Under the pieces are notes generated by a model that saw only the letters and a program-made list of their open reading frames with translations, was not told the origin of the DNA and made no database searches. Source: an uncultured Desulfobacterales bacterium (GTDB lineage: Bacteria; Desulfobacterota; Desulfobacteria; Desulfobacterales; SpSt-501). Taken from it: a DNA stretch of 64,000 nt. The first letter of the stretch is position 1; each line of letters starts with the position of its first letter. Positions 49,677 to 58,933 of this stretch are shown here, piece after piece. Both the position numbers and the translations under genes were made by a program. The stretch is from NCBI GenBank assembly GCA_938048455.1, contig CALIUY010000003.1:27206-91205 (forward strand), given 5' to 3'.

Positions 49677-50447
49677 ATGAAAAAACGCATCTTGTCTCTG
49701 GGTTGCGGGATCTTGCTCTGCGTCGCGCCGGCGTGGGCCCATTTCGGGATGCTCATCCCGGCAAAGCCTTCGATCTCGAAGGCCGACCCCAAGACGATCG
49801 AGCTTGTGCTCTCCTTCTCCCATCCGATGGAGGGGGTGGGCATGGACATGGCCAAACCGAAGGCCTTCGGCGTGCTCGCCGGCACGGCGCAGGAGGATTT
49901 GATCTCCGGCCTCAAAGCCGCCCAGGTCATGGGCAAGGCGGCCTGGAGCGCCTCCTACACCTTCAAACGCCCCGGGGTCTACATCTTCCATTTCACTCCC
50001 GAGCCTTACTGGGAGGCGGCCGAGGATTCCTTCATCGCCCATTACCCCAAGGTCGTCGTCCCCGCCTTCGGCGAGGAGGAAGGCTGGGACCGCGAAGTGG
50101 GCCACCCGATCGAGATCGTCCCCCTCACGCGGCCCTTCGGCCTCTATGCCGGAAACGTCTTTCAGGGAATCGTGAAACAGAACGGCAAGCCGGCCCCCTT
50201 CGCCGAGGTCGAAATCGAGTTCTACAACCGGGAGGGCAAGGCCGTGCCGCCGACCGAGTACCAGGTCACCCAGGTCGTCAAGGCCGACAGAAACGGCGTC
50301 TTCACCTACGCCGTGCCGCGTCCGGGCTGGTGGGGCTTCGCCGCCCTCGCGCCGGCCGAGTTCAAGCTCAAAAAAGACGGCAAGGACAAGGCGGTCGAAA
50401 TCGGCGGCGTGATCTGGGTCTACTTTCACGCCTGGCAGGAAAAATGA
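49677..50447 (+). CDS. nikK: DUF4198 periplasmic protein (NikK-like component of Ni/Co ECF uptake systems)
   Basis: GAGGAGGAGG RBS. Signal peptide ending AWAHFGMLIP. Position at the head of the nikMLQO genes. Confidence 0.6.
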   Translation: MKKRILSLGCGILLCVAPAWAHFGMLIPAKPSISKADPKTIELVLSFSHPMEGVGMDMAKPKAFGVLAGTAQEDLISGLKAAQVMGKAAWSASYTFKRPGVYIFHFTPEPYWEAAEDSFIAHYPKVVVPAFGEEEGWDREVGHPIEIVPLTRPFGLYAGNVFQGIVKQNGKPAPFAEVEIEFYNREGKAVPPTEYQVTQVVKADRNGVFTYAVPRPGWWGFAALAPAEFKLKKDGKDKAVEIGGVIWVYFHAWQEK

Positions 50448-50507
50448 GCTCCGTGTCGCCGGGTTTTTCTTCCCCGGCGGCGGCGCTGAGGCATCCGGAG
50501 GTGGAAA

Positions 50508-51860
50508 ATGAAACGTTGGTTGGGATTGGGGCTTGCGGTTTGCCTGATCGGCATCCTTTCGGGCAGCGGGGCGCTCGCCGATACGGCGACGGTATTGAAG
50601 GAGATCCAGGCGCTCAAAGAGCGGATCGCCGAGCTCGAGCAGAAGCTCGAGGAACAGGAGCAACTGGCCAAACGCCGGGAGCTCAAGGCCGGAAAGGAAC
50701 TCGAGGACAAAATCGGGGAGGCGCTCGAAGAGCGCTTCGGGACGCTCTCTCTCCACGGCGGTGCGCTGCTCTACTATCAAGACGCACGCGCCGACGAGCT
50801 CGAAGGGCTCCGGGCCGGCAGCCCGAGCGGGGCGGGATTCGCGGCGGATCTCGAGCTTTCCTGGACCCCCGCGGTGCCGGTCCTGGAGGAAGGAGAGTTT
50901 TATGTGCGCATCCATGCCGGAGCGGGAAGCGGGGCGGACCGGCGCGGCGGCGGCCGGATCCAACCGGCCGATGTCCTGCTTGCGAATCTGAACACGATCG
51001 CCGACGACAACACCGAGGGCGAAGACGAGACCGCACTCCGGCTGCTCGAGGTGCACTACACGCACCACGTTTTCGACGAGAAGCTCGGCATCACCGTCGG
51101 CAAAGGCGAGCCGCTCGGATTCCTGGACGACAACGCTTTCGCGAACGACGAGGCCAAGCAGTTCATCGGCAAGCCCTTCGTGAACAACTCGGTCCTCGAC
51201 GGCGAAAACGAATACACCCCGCTTCTCGGGGTGAAGGCTCAGCCCTTCGAGTTTCTCTCGCTTTCCCTGGTGGGGGCCTCGAGCTCGCGGCCGCAGGTGG
51301 AGGGAACTCCGCTCGAGGACACGGCGAAGAGCAAGTACGACAACGTCTTCAGCACGCCCTTCTTCGGCGCCCAAATCGCCTTTTCGCCTTCGTGGAACGG
51401 GCGGGAGGGAAACTACCGTTTCTACGGTTGGCGGGCGGGCTACGACCACGCCAAGCTCGACGCCGATCGCGGCTTCCTCGCCGACCGGAAGGCCAAAGGC
51501 TGGGGAGTGGGGATCTCGGCCGACCAGCGGCTGACGGAGACGATCGGCCTCTTCGGCCGTCTGGGCCGCAACAACGAGGATGTCTACGTGGTGAAGTGGG
51601 AGGCCTCCGGGGGGGTGAACCGGAAAGGGTTGCTTCCCCGGCGGGCCGAGGACGAAATCGGCTTGGGCCTGGCGGCGCTCTTTCCCGACGGCCGCTACCG
51701 CAAGGACGATCCCGAGGTGCACCTGGAGGTCTACTACCGGATCGCGGTGAGCGAACATCTCGCTTTCACGCCCGACTTCCAGTATATCTGGAACCCCGGC
51801 GGCGACTCCGACAACGACCCCGTCTTCGCCACGACCGTCCGCGCCGAGTTCGGGTTCTGA
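50508..51860 (+). CDS. outer-membrane porin (OprB/carbohydrate-porin-like) with N-terminal coiled coil
   Basis: Signal peptide, heptad-like LKEIQALKERIAELEQKLEEQEQ, beta-strand-rich body, C-terminal AEFGF. Confidence 0.55.
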   Translation: MKRWLGLGLAVCLIGILSGSGALADTATVLKEIQALKERIAELEQKLEEQEQLAKRRELKAGKELEDKIGEALEERFGTLSLHGGALLYYQDARADELEGLRAGSPSGAGFAADLELSWTPAVPVLEEGEFYVRIHAGAGSGADRRGGGRIQPADVLLANLNTIADDNTEGEDETALRLLEVHYTHHVFDEKLGITVGKGEPLGFLDDNAFANDEAKQFIGKPFVNNSVLDGENEYTPLLGVKAQPFEFLSLSLVGASSSRPQVEGTPLEDTAKSKYDNVFSTPFFGAQIAFSPSWNGREGNYRFYGWRAGYDHAKLDADRGFLADRKAKGWGVGISADQRLTETIGLFGRLGRNNEDVYVVKWEASGGVNRKGLLPRRAEDEIGLGLAALFPDGRYRKDDPEVHLEVYYRIAVSEHLAFTPDFQYIWNPGGDSDNDPVFATTVRAEFGF

Positions 51861-51903
51861 GAAGGCTTTTCGGGGGTTCGCCCCCGGGGAAGGTCGAGAA
51901 GCC

Positions 51904-52521
51904 ATGCACATCTCCGAAGGGGTGCTCTCCGGGCCGGTCCTGCTCGCCGGCGCCGCTCTCGCCGCGGCGGGTACGGGAGTCGGCTTGAAAAAACTCGCCC
52001 CCGATCAGATCGCCCGCACGGCGATGCTCGCCGGGGCTTTCTTCGTCGCCTCCCTCGTTCACGTGCCCCTGGGGCCGACGAGCGTCCATCTGCTCTTGAA
52101 CGGCTTGGTCGGGCTGCTGCTCGGCTGGCCGGCCTTTCCCGCGATCCTCGTGGGGCTGATCTTGCAGGCGGTTTTCTTTCAGTTCGGCGGGCTGACCGCC
52201 CTCGGGGTGAACACGCTGATCATGGCCCTGCCGGCGGTGATCGGCTACGGTCTTTTTTCCCGTTTCCTCAAAGGGCCGAGGGCGGGGGCGCTCGCCGCCG
52301 CCTTCGGCTGCGGCTTTCTTGCCGTGCTGCTCGGCGGGGTCGTGGCGGGGCTTGCGCTCACCTTCAGCGGGGAGCATTTTTTGAACGTCGCCCTCGCCCT
52401 GATCCTCGCCCACCTGCCGGTGATGATCCTCGAAGGGGGGATGACGGCCCTGTGCGTGGGTTTTCTGCGCCGGGTCCAGCCCGGTCTGCTCCCCGGCCGG
52501 CCGTCCGTGGAGGTTCGATGA
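51904..52521 (+). CDS. nikM: ECF transporter substrate-capture component CbiM/NikM
   Basis: Invariant N-terminus MHISEGVL. About 6 TM helices. Stop overlaps the next start (ATGA). Confidence 0.85.
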   Translation: MHISEGVLSGPVLLAGAALAAAGTGVGLKKLAPDQIARTAMLAGAFFVASLVHVPLGPTSVHLLLNGLVGLLLGWPAFPAILVGLILQAVFFQFGGLTALGVNTLIMALPAVIGYGLFSRFLKGPRAGALAAAFGCGFLAVLLGGVVAGLALTFSGEHFLNVALALILAHLPVMILEGGMTALCVGFLRRVQPGLLPGRPSVEVR

Positions 52522-53099
52522 ACGCCGCATCCTGGATTCTTTCCCTCAGTCTCCTTCTCCTTTCCAGTCTCGGGCCCCGAGAGGCGCTCGCCCACCGGGT
52601 GAACCTCTTTGCCTGGGTCGAGGGGGACACCGTTCACACCGCGTCCAAGTACCCCGACGGAACCCGCGTCAAAGAAGGCCTGATCCGGGTGCTCGACGGC
52701 GCGGGCCGCGAGCTGCTGCAGGGCAAGACGAACGAGCGGGGCGAATTTTCGTTTCCGATCCCCCGCCGGGAAGATCTCACCATTGTGCTCGAGGCGGGCA
52801 TGGGCCACCGCGCGGATTGGACGCTTCCGCGGGAGGAGCTGGGGGGGGAGCCGGCCTCCGCCCCGGACCCTCCACCCGGATTCCGCCTCGCGGAGGCCGC
52901 CTCCGCTTCCGCCGCCGCCGTTCCGGCCGCGGCCCTCGAGCAAGCGCTCGAAAAAGCCCTGGACAGAAAGCTCGCCCCCGTGGTGAAAATGCTCTCCGAG
53001 CTCCACGAGCCGCGCGTCCGGCTGACCGACATCGTCGGGGGGCTGGGTTGGATCCTGGGGCTCGCCGGTCTTGCGGCCTGGCTCAAAAACCGACGCTGA
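52518..53099 (+). CDS. nikL: NikL-like accessory protein (N-terminal signal/anchor, beta-sandwich-like domain, C-terminal TM)
   Basis: ATG 52518 within listed ORF 52452..53099. HRVNLFAWVEGDTV...ERGEFSF. C-terminal helix IVGGLGWILGLAGLAAWL. Assignment is by position and architecture. Confidence 0.5.
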   Translation: MNAASWILSLSLLLLSSLGPREALAHRVNLFAWVEGDTVHTASKYPDGTRVKEGLIRVLDGAGRELLQGKTNERGEFSFPIPRREDLTIVLEAGMGHRADWTLPREELGGEPASAPDPPPGFRLAEAASASAAAVPAAALEQALEKALDRKLAPVVKMLSELHEPRVRLTDIVGGLGWILGLAGLAAWLKNRR

Positions 53100-53117
53100 G
53101 GGAGGGAGAGGGCGTTC

Positions 53118-53540
53118 TTGAAACGCATCTGCGTCATCGACGGCCAGGGGGGAGGGATCGGCGCGGCCATTTTGCGGGCGCTCAAGGAAGCCTACGGGGA
53201 GACGGTCGAGCTGATCGCGCTCGGCACCAACGCCATCGCCGCGGCCCAGATGCTCAAGGCCGGGGCGAACCGCGCCGCAAGCGGCGAAAACGCGATCGTC
53301 CAGACCGCCCCTCGGGTGGATGTGATCGTGGGTGCCATCTCGATCGGCTGGGCGCACGCCATGCTGGGGGAGGTCACCCCGAGAATGGCGGAGGCGGTCA
53401 TGGCGAGCCCCGCGCCCAAGCTCTTTCTTCCCCTGACCCAGGAAGCGGTCAGCCTGGTGGGGCTCTCCGCCGAGCCGCTGCCGCACTTGGTCCAGAGCCT
53501 CGTGCAGCGGAAACTGAAGGAGGTGTTGCCCGATGTGTGA
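53118..53540 (+). CDS. DUF3842 family protein
   Basis: TTG start after GGAGGGAGAGG. ICVIDGQGGGIG...LIALGTNAIAAAQMLKAGANRAASGENAI...MLGEVTPRMAEA matches my recollection of the DUF3842 pattern. Confidence 0.55.
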   Translation: MKRICVIDGQGGGIGAAILRALKEAYGETVELIALGTNAIAAAQMLKAGANRAASGENAIVQTAPRVDVIVGAISIGWAHAMLGEVTPRMAEAVMASPAPKLFLPLTQEAVSLVGLSAEPLPHLVQSLVQRKLKEVLPDV

Positions 53541-53721
53541 AGCGCACGCCTACATGGAACGGGACGGCCGGGAGGAGCTTCTCCTCGAGTCGGTCGACCG
53601 GGTCGAACCGCAAGCGGACGGAAGCTTTCTTTTGGTCAACATCTTCGGCCAGCAGAAAACCGTGAGGGCGCCCCTCAAGCGGATGCATCTGGTCGAGCAC
53701 CGCATCGTCTTCGGCTCCTGA
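53533..53721 (+). CDS. cooT: CooT family nickel-binding protein
   Basis: 62 aa beginning MCEAHAY (Cys2 nickel ligand). ...LVNIFGQQKTV...HRIVF matches the CooT pattern as I recall it from Carboxydothermus and Rhodospirillum. Overlaps the upstream stop by 8 nt. Confidence 0.75.
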   Translation: MCEAHAYMERDGREELLLESVDRVEPQADGSFLLVNIFGQQKTVRAPLKRMHLVEHRIVFGS

Positions 53722-53740
53722 AGCGCAAAGACCGCCCGCC

Positions 53741-54496
53741 TTGCTCCCCGAACCCGCCGTGGCCGCCGGGAAGGCGACCCGAGGATGGATCGACCCGCGG
53801 GTGCGCCTGGCCGCCGCCCTGGTCTACAGCGGTGCGACCGCCGTTTGGCAAAAGCCGGAGAGCATCGCCGCCGCCCTGGGCTTCGCCCTGGGCCTCGCGG
53901 TGTTCTTCCGCCTGGCGCCGGGGCCGGTGCTGCGCCGCCTCTTCGCCGTCAACGGCTTGCTCGCGCTCCTGTGGTTGATCCTCCCCTTCAGCCTGCCGGG
54001 GGAGACGCTGCTCCAGCTCGGGCCGCTGGCGGCGAGCCGCGAGGGGCTGCTTTTGGCGCTGCGCATCACGCTCAAATCGAACGCCCTGCTGCTCGCGCTG
54101 CTGGCGCTCGTCGCCCCCCTTCCCTTTCCGAGCGCCGGACACGCGCTCCACCGCCTGGGGGTCCCGGGAAAATTCGTGCAGCTTCTTTTGCTCACCTGGC
54201 GCTACCTCGCGCTCCTGGAGCAGGAATTCGGCAGGCTGCGGCGGGCCGCCGCGCTGCGGGGTTTTCGACCGCGGACCGATCTGCACACCTATCGCACCTT
54301 CGCCTGGCTGCTCGGCATGCTTCTCGTTCGCGCCGTGGACCGCGCCGAGCGCGTGCGCCGGGCGATGCTCTGCCGCGGCTTTCAAGGCGTCTTCTTCAGC
54401 CTGCAGGAGTTCCGTCTGAACGGCCGCTCGCTCGGCTTCGCCGCGGCGGTCGCGGCGGCGGTCGCGGCTTGCGCCGTTTTGGAATTCGGGGGTTGA
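53741..54496 (+). CDS. nikQ: ECF transporter transmembrane T component CbiQ/NikQ
   Basis: IDPRVRL N-terminus; ALRGF..R signature region RLRRAAALRGFRPRT. Start uncertain (TTG 53741 or GTG 53759). Confidence 0.8.
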   Translation: MLPEPAVAAGKATRGWIDPRVRLAAALVYSGATAVWQKPESIAAALGFALGLAVFFRLAPGPVLRRLFAVNGLLALLWLILPFSLPGETLLQLGPLAASREGLLLALRITLKSNALLLALLALVAPLPFPSAGHALHRLGVPGKFVQLLLLTWRYLALLEQEFGRLRRAAALRGFRPRTDLHTYRTFAWLLGMLLVRAVDRAERVRRAMLCRGFQGVFFSLQEFRLNGRSLGFAAAVAAAVAACAVLEFGG

Positions 54497-54514
54497 GGAA
54501 AGAAGGATCCGGAA

Positions 54515-55252
54515 ATGGCCGCGCAAGAACCGATCGTCGCCCTGCGGGGCATCCGCTTCGGCTACCCGGGGGCGGAGCCGATTCTCGCAGGGCTCGACTT
54601 CGCGCTCGGGCCCGCCGAGCGCGTCGGGATTCTCGCCCCGAACGGCAGCGGCAAAACGACCCTTTTCCTGTTGATCATGGGGCTGCTGCGGCCCCAGGGA
54701 GGCGAAATCCTCGTCTTCGGAAAACCCCGTCGCGTGGAGGCCGACTTTCTCGAGGTCCGCCGCCGGATCGGGCTGGTCTTCCAAGACCCCGAGGACCAGC
54801 TCTTCTGCCCCACGGTGATCGAGGACGTGGCCTTCGGTCCTCTCAACCTCGGCCGATCGCGAAAGGAGGCCGTGGCCGCGGCGCGGCGCGCGCTCGCCGC
54901 GCTGGGACTGGAGGCCTTCGAGGACCGGATCGGCTTCCAGCTCTCCGGCGGCGAAAAGCGGCTGGTCTCGCTCGCCGCCGTGCTCGCCATGGAGCCCGAG
55001 GCGCTGCTGCTCGACGAGCCGGAAAACGGCCTGGATTCCCGCACGCGCCTGCGGCTGGTCGAGGTCCTGGAGGGGCTGGCGATCCCCCAGGCGATCATCT
55101 CGCACGACATCGATCTGCTGACGGCGCTTTGCGATCGGCTGCTCACCCTCGAGGCGGGGCGCATCCGCGAGGTGGACGGGGAGGCCCTTCACCGGCACGT
55201 CCACGCCCACCGCCTGGGGGACCGACCCCACCGGCACAGCCCTACCGGTTGA
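54515..55252 (+). CDS. nikO: ECF transporter ATPase CbiO/NikO
   Basis: Walker A APNGSGKTT, signature LSGGEKRL, Walker B LLLDEP. Confidence 0.88.
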   Translation: MAAQEPIVALRGIRFGYPGAEPILAGLDFALGPAERVGILAPNGSGKTTLFLLIMGLLRPQGGEILVFGKPRRVEADFLEVRRRIGLVFQDPEDQLFCPTVIEDVAFGPLNLGRSRKEAVAAARRALAALGLEAFEDRIGFQLSGGEKRLVSLAAVLAMEPEALLLDEPENGLDSRTRLRLVEVLEGLAIPQAIISHDIDLLTALCDRLLTLEAGRIREVDGEALHRHVHAHRLGDRPHRHSPTG

Positions 55253-55296
55253 ACGGCGGGGTTGCAATCCCGGTGCGGCGCGGATAGAAAACCTCC

Positions 55297-56064
55297 ATGC
55301 TGCTCGCCGTCAACGTGAACAACACGAACACCTCCTTCGGCGTACACGGCGAGGGGTCGGGCTGGCTCGCCCACTGGCGGGTCGCCACGGATCGCGCGCG
55401 GCTGGCCGACGAGCACGCCATGCTGCTGCGCAGCTTCTTCGAATTCCGCGGCCTTTCCTGGTCGCAGCTCTCCGCGGTCGCCCTCGCCAGCGTCGTGCCC
55501 CCGGTCACGCCGGTCTTCGTCGAGCTCAGCCGCCGCTACCTCGGCCACGAGCCCCTCGTCGTCTCCCACCGCCTGCGCACCGGGGTCGAGATCCGGATCG
55601 ACTACCCCGCGGAGCTCGGCGCCGACCGCATCCTGAACGCCGTGGCCGCCAAGCGTCTCTACGGCTGCCCCTGCATCGTGGTGGACTTCGGCACGGCGAC
55701 CACCTTCGACGCCCTTTCCCGCGAGGGCGAATACGTGGGCGGCGCGATCGCTCCGGGGCTCGGAATCGCCGCCGAAGCCCTTTTTTCCCGCACGGCCAAG
55801 CTGCCGCGCATCGAGCTGACGGCCCCGCCGGCCGCGATCGGCCGCAACACCGTACACGCCATGCAATCGGGTCTGGTGCTCGGCTATGTCGGCCTGATCG
55901 ACGGGCTGGTGGCGCGCCTGCGCGCCGAGCTCGGAGGCGCAGCCCGCGTCGTCGCCACCGGCGGCATGGCCGCCCTGCTCGCCGAGCACGCCCCCGTGAT
56001 CGAGAAGGTGGACCCGATGCTCACCCTCGAGGGACTGCGGATGGTCTACGAGATGAACCGCTGA
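55297..56064 (+). CDS. coaX: type III pantothenate kinase
   Basis: MLLAVNVNNTNTSFG, DFGTATTFD, VVATGGMA. Confidence 0.88.
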   Translation: MLLAVNVNNTNTSFGVHGEGSGWLAHWRVATDRARLADEHAMLLRSFFEFRGLSWSQLSAVALASVVPPVTPVFVELSRRYLGHEPLVVSHRLRTGVEIRIDYPAELGADRILNAVAAKRLYGCPCIVVDFGTATTFDALSREGEYVGGAIAPGLGIAAEALFSRTAKLPRIELTAPPAAIGRNTVHAMQSGLVLGYVGLIDGLVARLRAELGGAARVVATGGMAALLAEHAPVIEKVDPMLTLEGLRMVYEMNR

Positions 56065-56089
56065 GCCCGATCCGTCCGGAAGGAGCCCC

Positions 56090-57319
56090 ATGGACACGAG
56101 AATCCCGGTGCTGGAGAAACGCTGCCTCGTCCTCGGGGTAAGCGGGGGGATCGCCGCCTACAAGGCGGCCGATCTGGCAAGCCGCCTTGTCCGGGCCGGA
56201 GCCGCCTTGGAAGTGGTCATGACCCCGGCGGCATCCGAGTTCGTGCGGCCGCTCACCTTCCAGGCCCTCACCCACCGGCCGGTGGCGACCGAAATGTTCT
56301 CGCTCCTCCAGGACCGCGAGATCGGCCATGTCGCCCTCGGGCAACGCGCGGCGCTCATGATCGTCGCCCCGGCGACGGCGAACACGCTCGCCCGGCTCGC
56401 CAACGGGTTGGCCGACAACCTGCTCGTCACCACGGCGCTCGCCTGCCGCGGCCCGCTCCTTCTGGCCCCGGCCATGGAGTCCGGCATGTGGCACCACCCG
56501 GCGACGCGCGCCAACCTCGAGACCCTCGTCGGCCGCGGCGCCTTCGTCGTGGGTCCGGAAACGGGTCGGCTCGCCTCGGGCGGCGTCGGCGAAGGCCGCA
56601 TGGCCGAGCCCGGAACCATCCTGGAGGCGGCCTGCTGGGTGCTCGGCCGCGGCGGGCCGCTCGCCGGCAAGCGGGTGGTGGTAACCGCGGGGGGGACCCG
56701 CGAGCCGATCGACCCCGTGCGTTTCATCGGCAACCGCAGCAGCGGCCGGATGGGCTTCGCGCTCGCCCGCGCGGCGCGCGACCGCGGGGCCGCGGTGACC
56801 TTGATCCACGGTCCGGTCGCCCTGGAAGCCCCTTACGGGGTGGATACCGTGGCCGTCGCCTCCGCGGCGCAGATGAAGGAAGCGGTGCTCGAGGTGAGCG
56901 ACCGCGCCGATGTCCTGCTCATGGCCGCGGCGGTCGCCGACTACCGGCCGCGGGTCGCGGCGGAGCAGAAAATCAAGAAGGAAGCCGAAGCGGCGCGCCT
57001 CGAACTCGTGCGCACCGAGGACATCCTCGCGCTGGTGGCCGAGCGCCGCCGCGGCGGGGCGGGACCGGCCGTCGTCGTGGGCTTCGCCGCCGAGACCGAA
57101 GAGCTCCTGCGCCATGCGCGCGAAAAACTCGAGAAAAAGGGGCTCGATTTGATCGTCGCCAACGACGTCTCCGCCCCGGAAAGCGGCTTCGAGACGGAGA
57201 CGAACCGCGTGGCCATCCTCGATCCCCGCGGCGGGGTGGAAACGCTGCCGCTGCTCGCCAAGCGCGAGGTCGCCGAAGCCGTCCTCGACCGCCTCTTGCC
57301 GCTGCTCGCCCCCCGCTGA
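56090..57319 (+). CDS. coaBC: bifunctional phosphopantothenoylcysteine decarboxylase/phosphopantothenate--cysteine ligase
   Basis: Flavoprotein N-domain (GVSGGIAAYKAADLASRL, PAMESGMW). CoaB domain (VTAGGTREPIDPVRFIGNRSSGRMG, AAAVADYRP). Confidence 0.9.
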   Translation: MDTRIPVLEKRCLVLGVSGGIAAYKAADLASRLVRAGAALEVVMTPAASEFVRPLTFQALTHRPVATEMFSLLQDREIGHVALGQRAALMIVAPATANTLARLANGLADNLLVTTALACRGPLLLAPAMESGMWHHPATRANLETLVGRGAFVVGPETGRLASGGVGEGRMAEPGTILEAACWVLGRGGPLAGKRVVVTAGGTREPIDPVRFIGNRSSGRMGFALARAARDRGAAVTLIHGPVALEAPYGVDTVAVASAAQMKEAVLEVSDRADVLLMAAAVADYRPRVAAEQKIKKEAEAARLELVRTEDILALVAERRRGGAGPAVVVGFAAETEELLRHAREKLEKKGLDLIVANDVSAPESGFETETNRVAILDPRGGVETLPLLAKREVAEAVLDRLLPLLAPR

Positions 57320-57458
57320 GGAACGCCCGCGCCGTGGCCCCCCCGGGGGACGTCTCGGGCCGTGTCGTTGCGTTCCCCTCGCGCAACGGCACCGGCGCAG
57401 GTCGCGGGGGATTGACGAGCGGGGCAAGTCGTGTTATTCATGATGTAAACAAGCGATC

Positions 57459-57471
57459 ACATAAAATATGT
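57459..57471. promoter_or_regulatory. perfect AT-rich palindrome ACATA-AAA-TATGT
   Basis: 23 nt upstream of ATG 57494 and downstream of a TTGACG/TATTCA promoter-like pair (57411-57439). Shares the core CATAAAATAT with the palindrome at 28010. Confidence 0.3.
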
Positions 57472-57493
57472 CCGCAAAGGAACTGGAGTGCCG

Positions 57494-58369
57494 ATGAAAC
57501 GCAACCCAAATCTTCTCCCGCTGGTTGTCGCCGTCTTTTCCGTCTCCTTCTTTTTCCTTCTGGAACAGACGGCCGAAGCCGCCCGGCTGGGCGGCGGCAA
57601 ATCCTTCGGCAGCCGCCCGAGCTATCAGCGAAGCGCCCCCTTGCCCTCGCCTTCGCCCTCCCCGACCGCCCCGAAGCCTGCCACCGCGCCGCCTGCGGTC
57701 TCCCCGCGGCCCGCCTTCGGCGGCTTCGGCGGCATGCTCGGGGGAATGCTCATGGGCGGGCTGATCGGCTCGCTGCTCTTCGGGGGCGGGCACGCCTGGG
57801 GCGGCCCGGGGCTGCTCGACCTCCTCGTCTTCGGAGGCGGGATCTTTCTGCTCCTGCGCCTGCTGCGGGCCCGGCGCCCCGCGCCCGCGGGGGTCGGTCT
57901 GACCGCCCCCCCGGCCTTCAGCCGCGGGGAACCGGACCCCTGGGGCATCGGGGGAGGCGCCGCCGCCGGGGCGCCGCAGACGACACCCGCCTACCCCGAA
58001 GGGTTCGACCCCGAGGAATTTCTGCAAGGCGCGCGCCTGATTTACAACCGCCTGCAGGCTTCGTGGGATCGACGCGATCTCGAGGATATCCGCTCCTTCA
58101 CCACCCCCGAGGTCTTTGCGGAAATCCAACGCCAGGCGCAAGAAGACCCGCGTCCGGGGAAAACCGACATCCTGCTCGTCCACCCCGAGATCCAGGAAGT
58201 GCGCGAGATCGAAGGCAAGATCGTGGTCTCGGTGCTCTACGATGCGATGCTGCGCGAGGAGACCTCCGCGGCCGCCCGGCCGGTGCGCGAGCTGTGGCAC
58301 TTCAGCCGCGACGCGAAAGGCGGGGACACCTTCTGGAAGCTCGAGGGGATTCAGCAGGCGGGCGAATGA
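57494..58369 (+). CDS. Tim44-like domain-containing membrane protein
   Basis: Signal/TM segment, Pro-rich and Gly-rich segments with a TM helix. C-terminal domain (FLQGARLIYNRLQASWDRRDLEDIRSFTTPEVF...WKLEGIQQ) is typical of bacterial Tim44-like proteins. Confidence 0.65.
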   Translation: MKRNPNLLPLVVAVFSVSFFFLLEQTAEAARLGGGKSFGSRPSYQRSAPLPSPSPSPTAPKPATAPPAVSPRPAFGGFGGMLGGMLMGGLIGSLLFGGGHAWGGPGLLDLLVFGGGIFLLLRLLRARRPAPAGVGLTAPPAFSRGEPDPWGIGGGAAAGAPQTTPAYPEGFDPEEFLQGARLIYNRLQASWDRRDLEDIRSFTTPEVFAEIQRQAQEDPRPGKTDILLVHPEIQEVREIEGKIVVSVLYDAMLREETSAAARPVRELWHFSRDAKGGDTFWKLEGIQQAGE

Positions 58370-58370
58370 C

Positions 58371-58790
58371 CTACGCCGCCGAAAGGGTCCGAATCCCCCG
58401 GCTTCGCAGCACTTCTTCGGCCCGAAGATTGTCGGAAAAACGGAAAACCATCACGGCCGTTCCGGGCCGGGGGCTGACCGCGGTGTAGGTGTAGGCGAGG
58501 GCGATGGATTCGCCCGTGAGCGCCTCCAGAATGCGCCCCAGAGCGCCGGGACGGTCCTCGGCTTCGATCACCACGACGTCGTTCAAGACCGCGGTGAGTT
58601 TCCCCGCGGCGAGCGCCGCCACCGCCCGCTCCGGCTCGGAGACGATCAGCCGCAGTTTGGCGTGGATTTCGCCGTTGTCGACGAGACAATGGGCGCGCAC
58701 GTCGATTCCGGCCTCGCCCAAAAGCGAAAAAACCCGCCCGACATCCCGGGCGCTGTTTCCCGTGAGCACCGTGAGCTGCTGTCCGTACAT
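58371..58790 (-). CDS. ACT domain-containing protein (tandem ACT)
   Basis: Two beta-alpha-beta-beta-alpha-beta-like units (LTVLTGNSARDVGRVFSLLGEAGIDV; VVIEAEDRPGALGRILEAL). 139 aa. Confidence 0.6.
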   Translation of the reverse strand: MYGQQLTVLTGNSARDVGRVFSLLGEAGIDVRAHCLVDNGEIHAKLRLIVSEPERAVAALAAGKLTAVLNDVVVIEAEDRPGALGRILEALTGESIALAYTYTAVSPRPGTAVMVFRFSDNLRAEEVLRSRGIRTLSAA

Positions 58791-58933
58791 GGCTCGAGTC
58801 CTCCCGCGTCCCCCGGTTCATCCCCCTAACAAAGCCCGCCGGCGGATGCAAGCCGGAGGCGGAACTCGTTTGTAACCTTTTTCCGACCGACGGCTCCTCA
58901 GGACAGGTTCACGCGCTTTCTTCTGGAGGAGCC

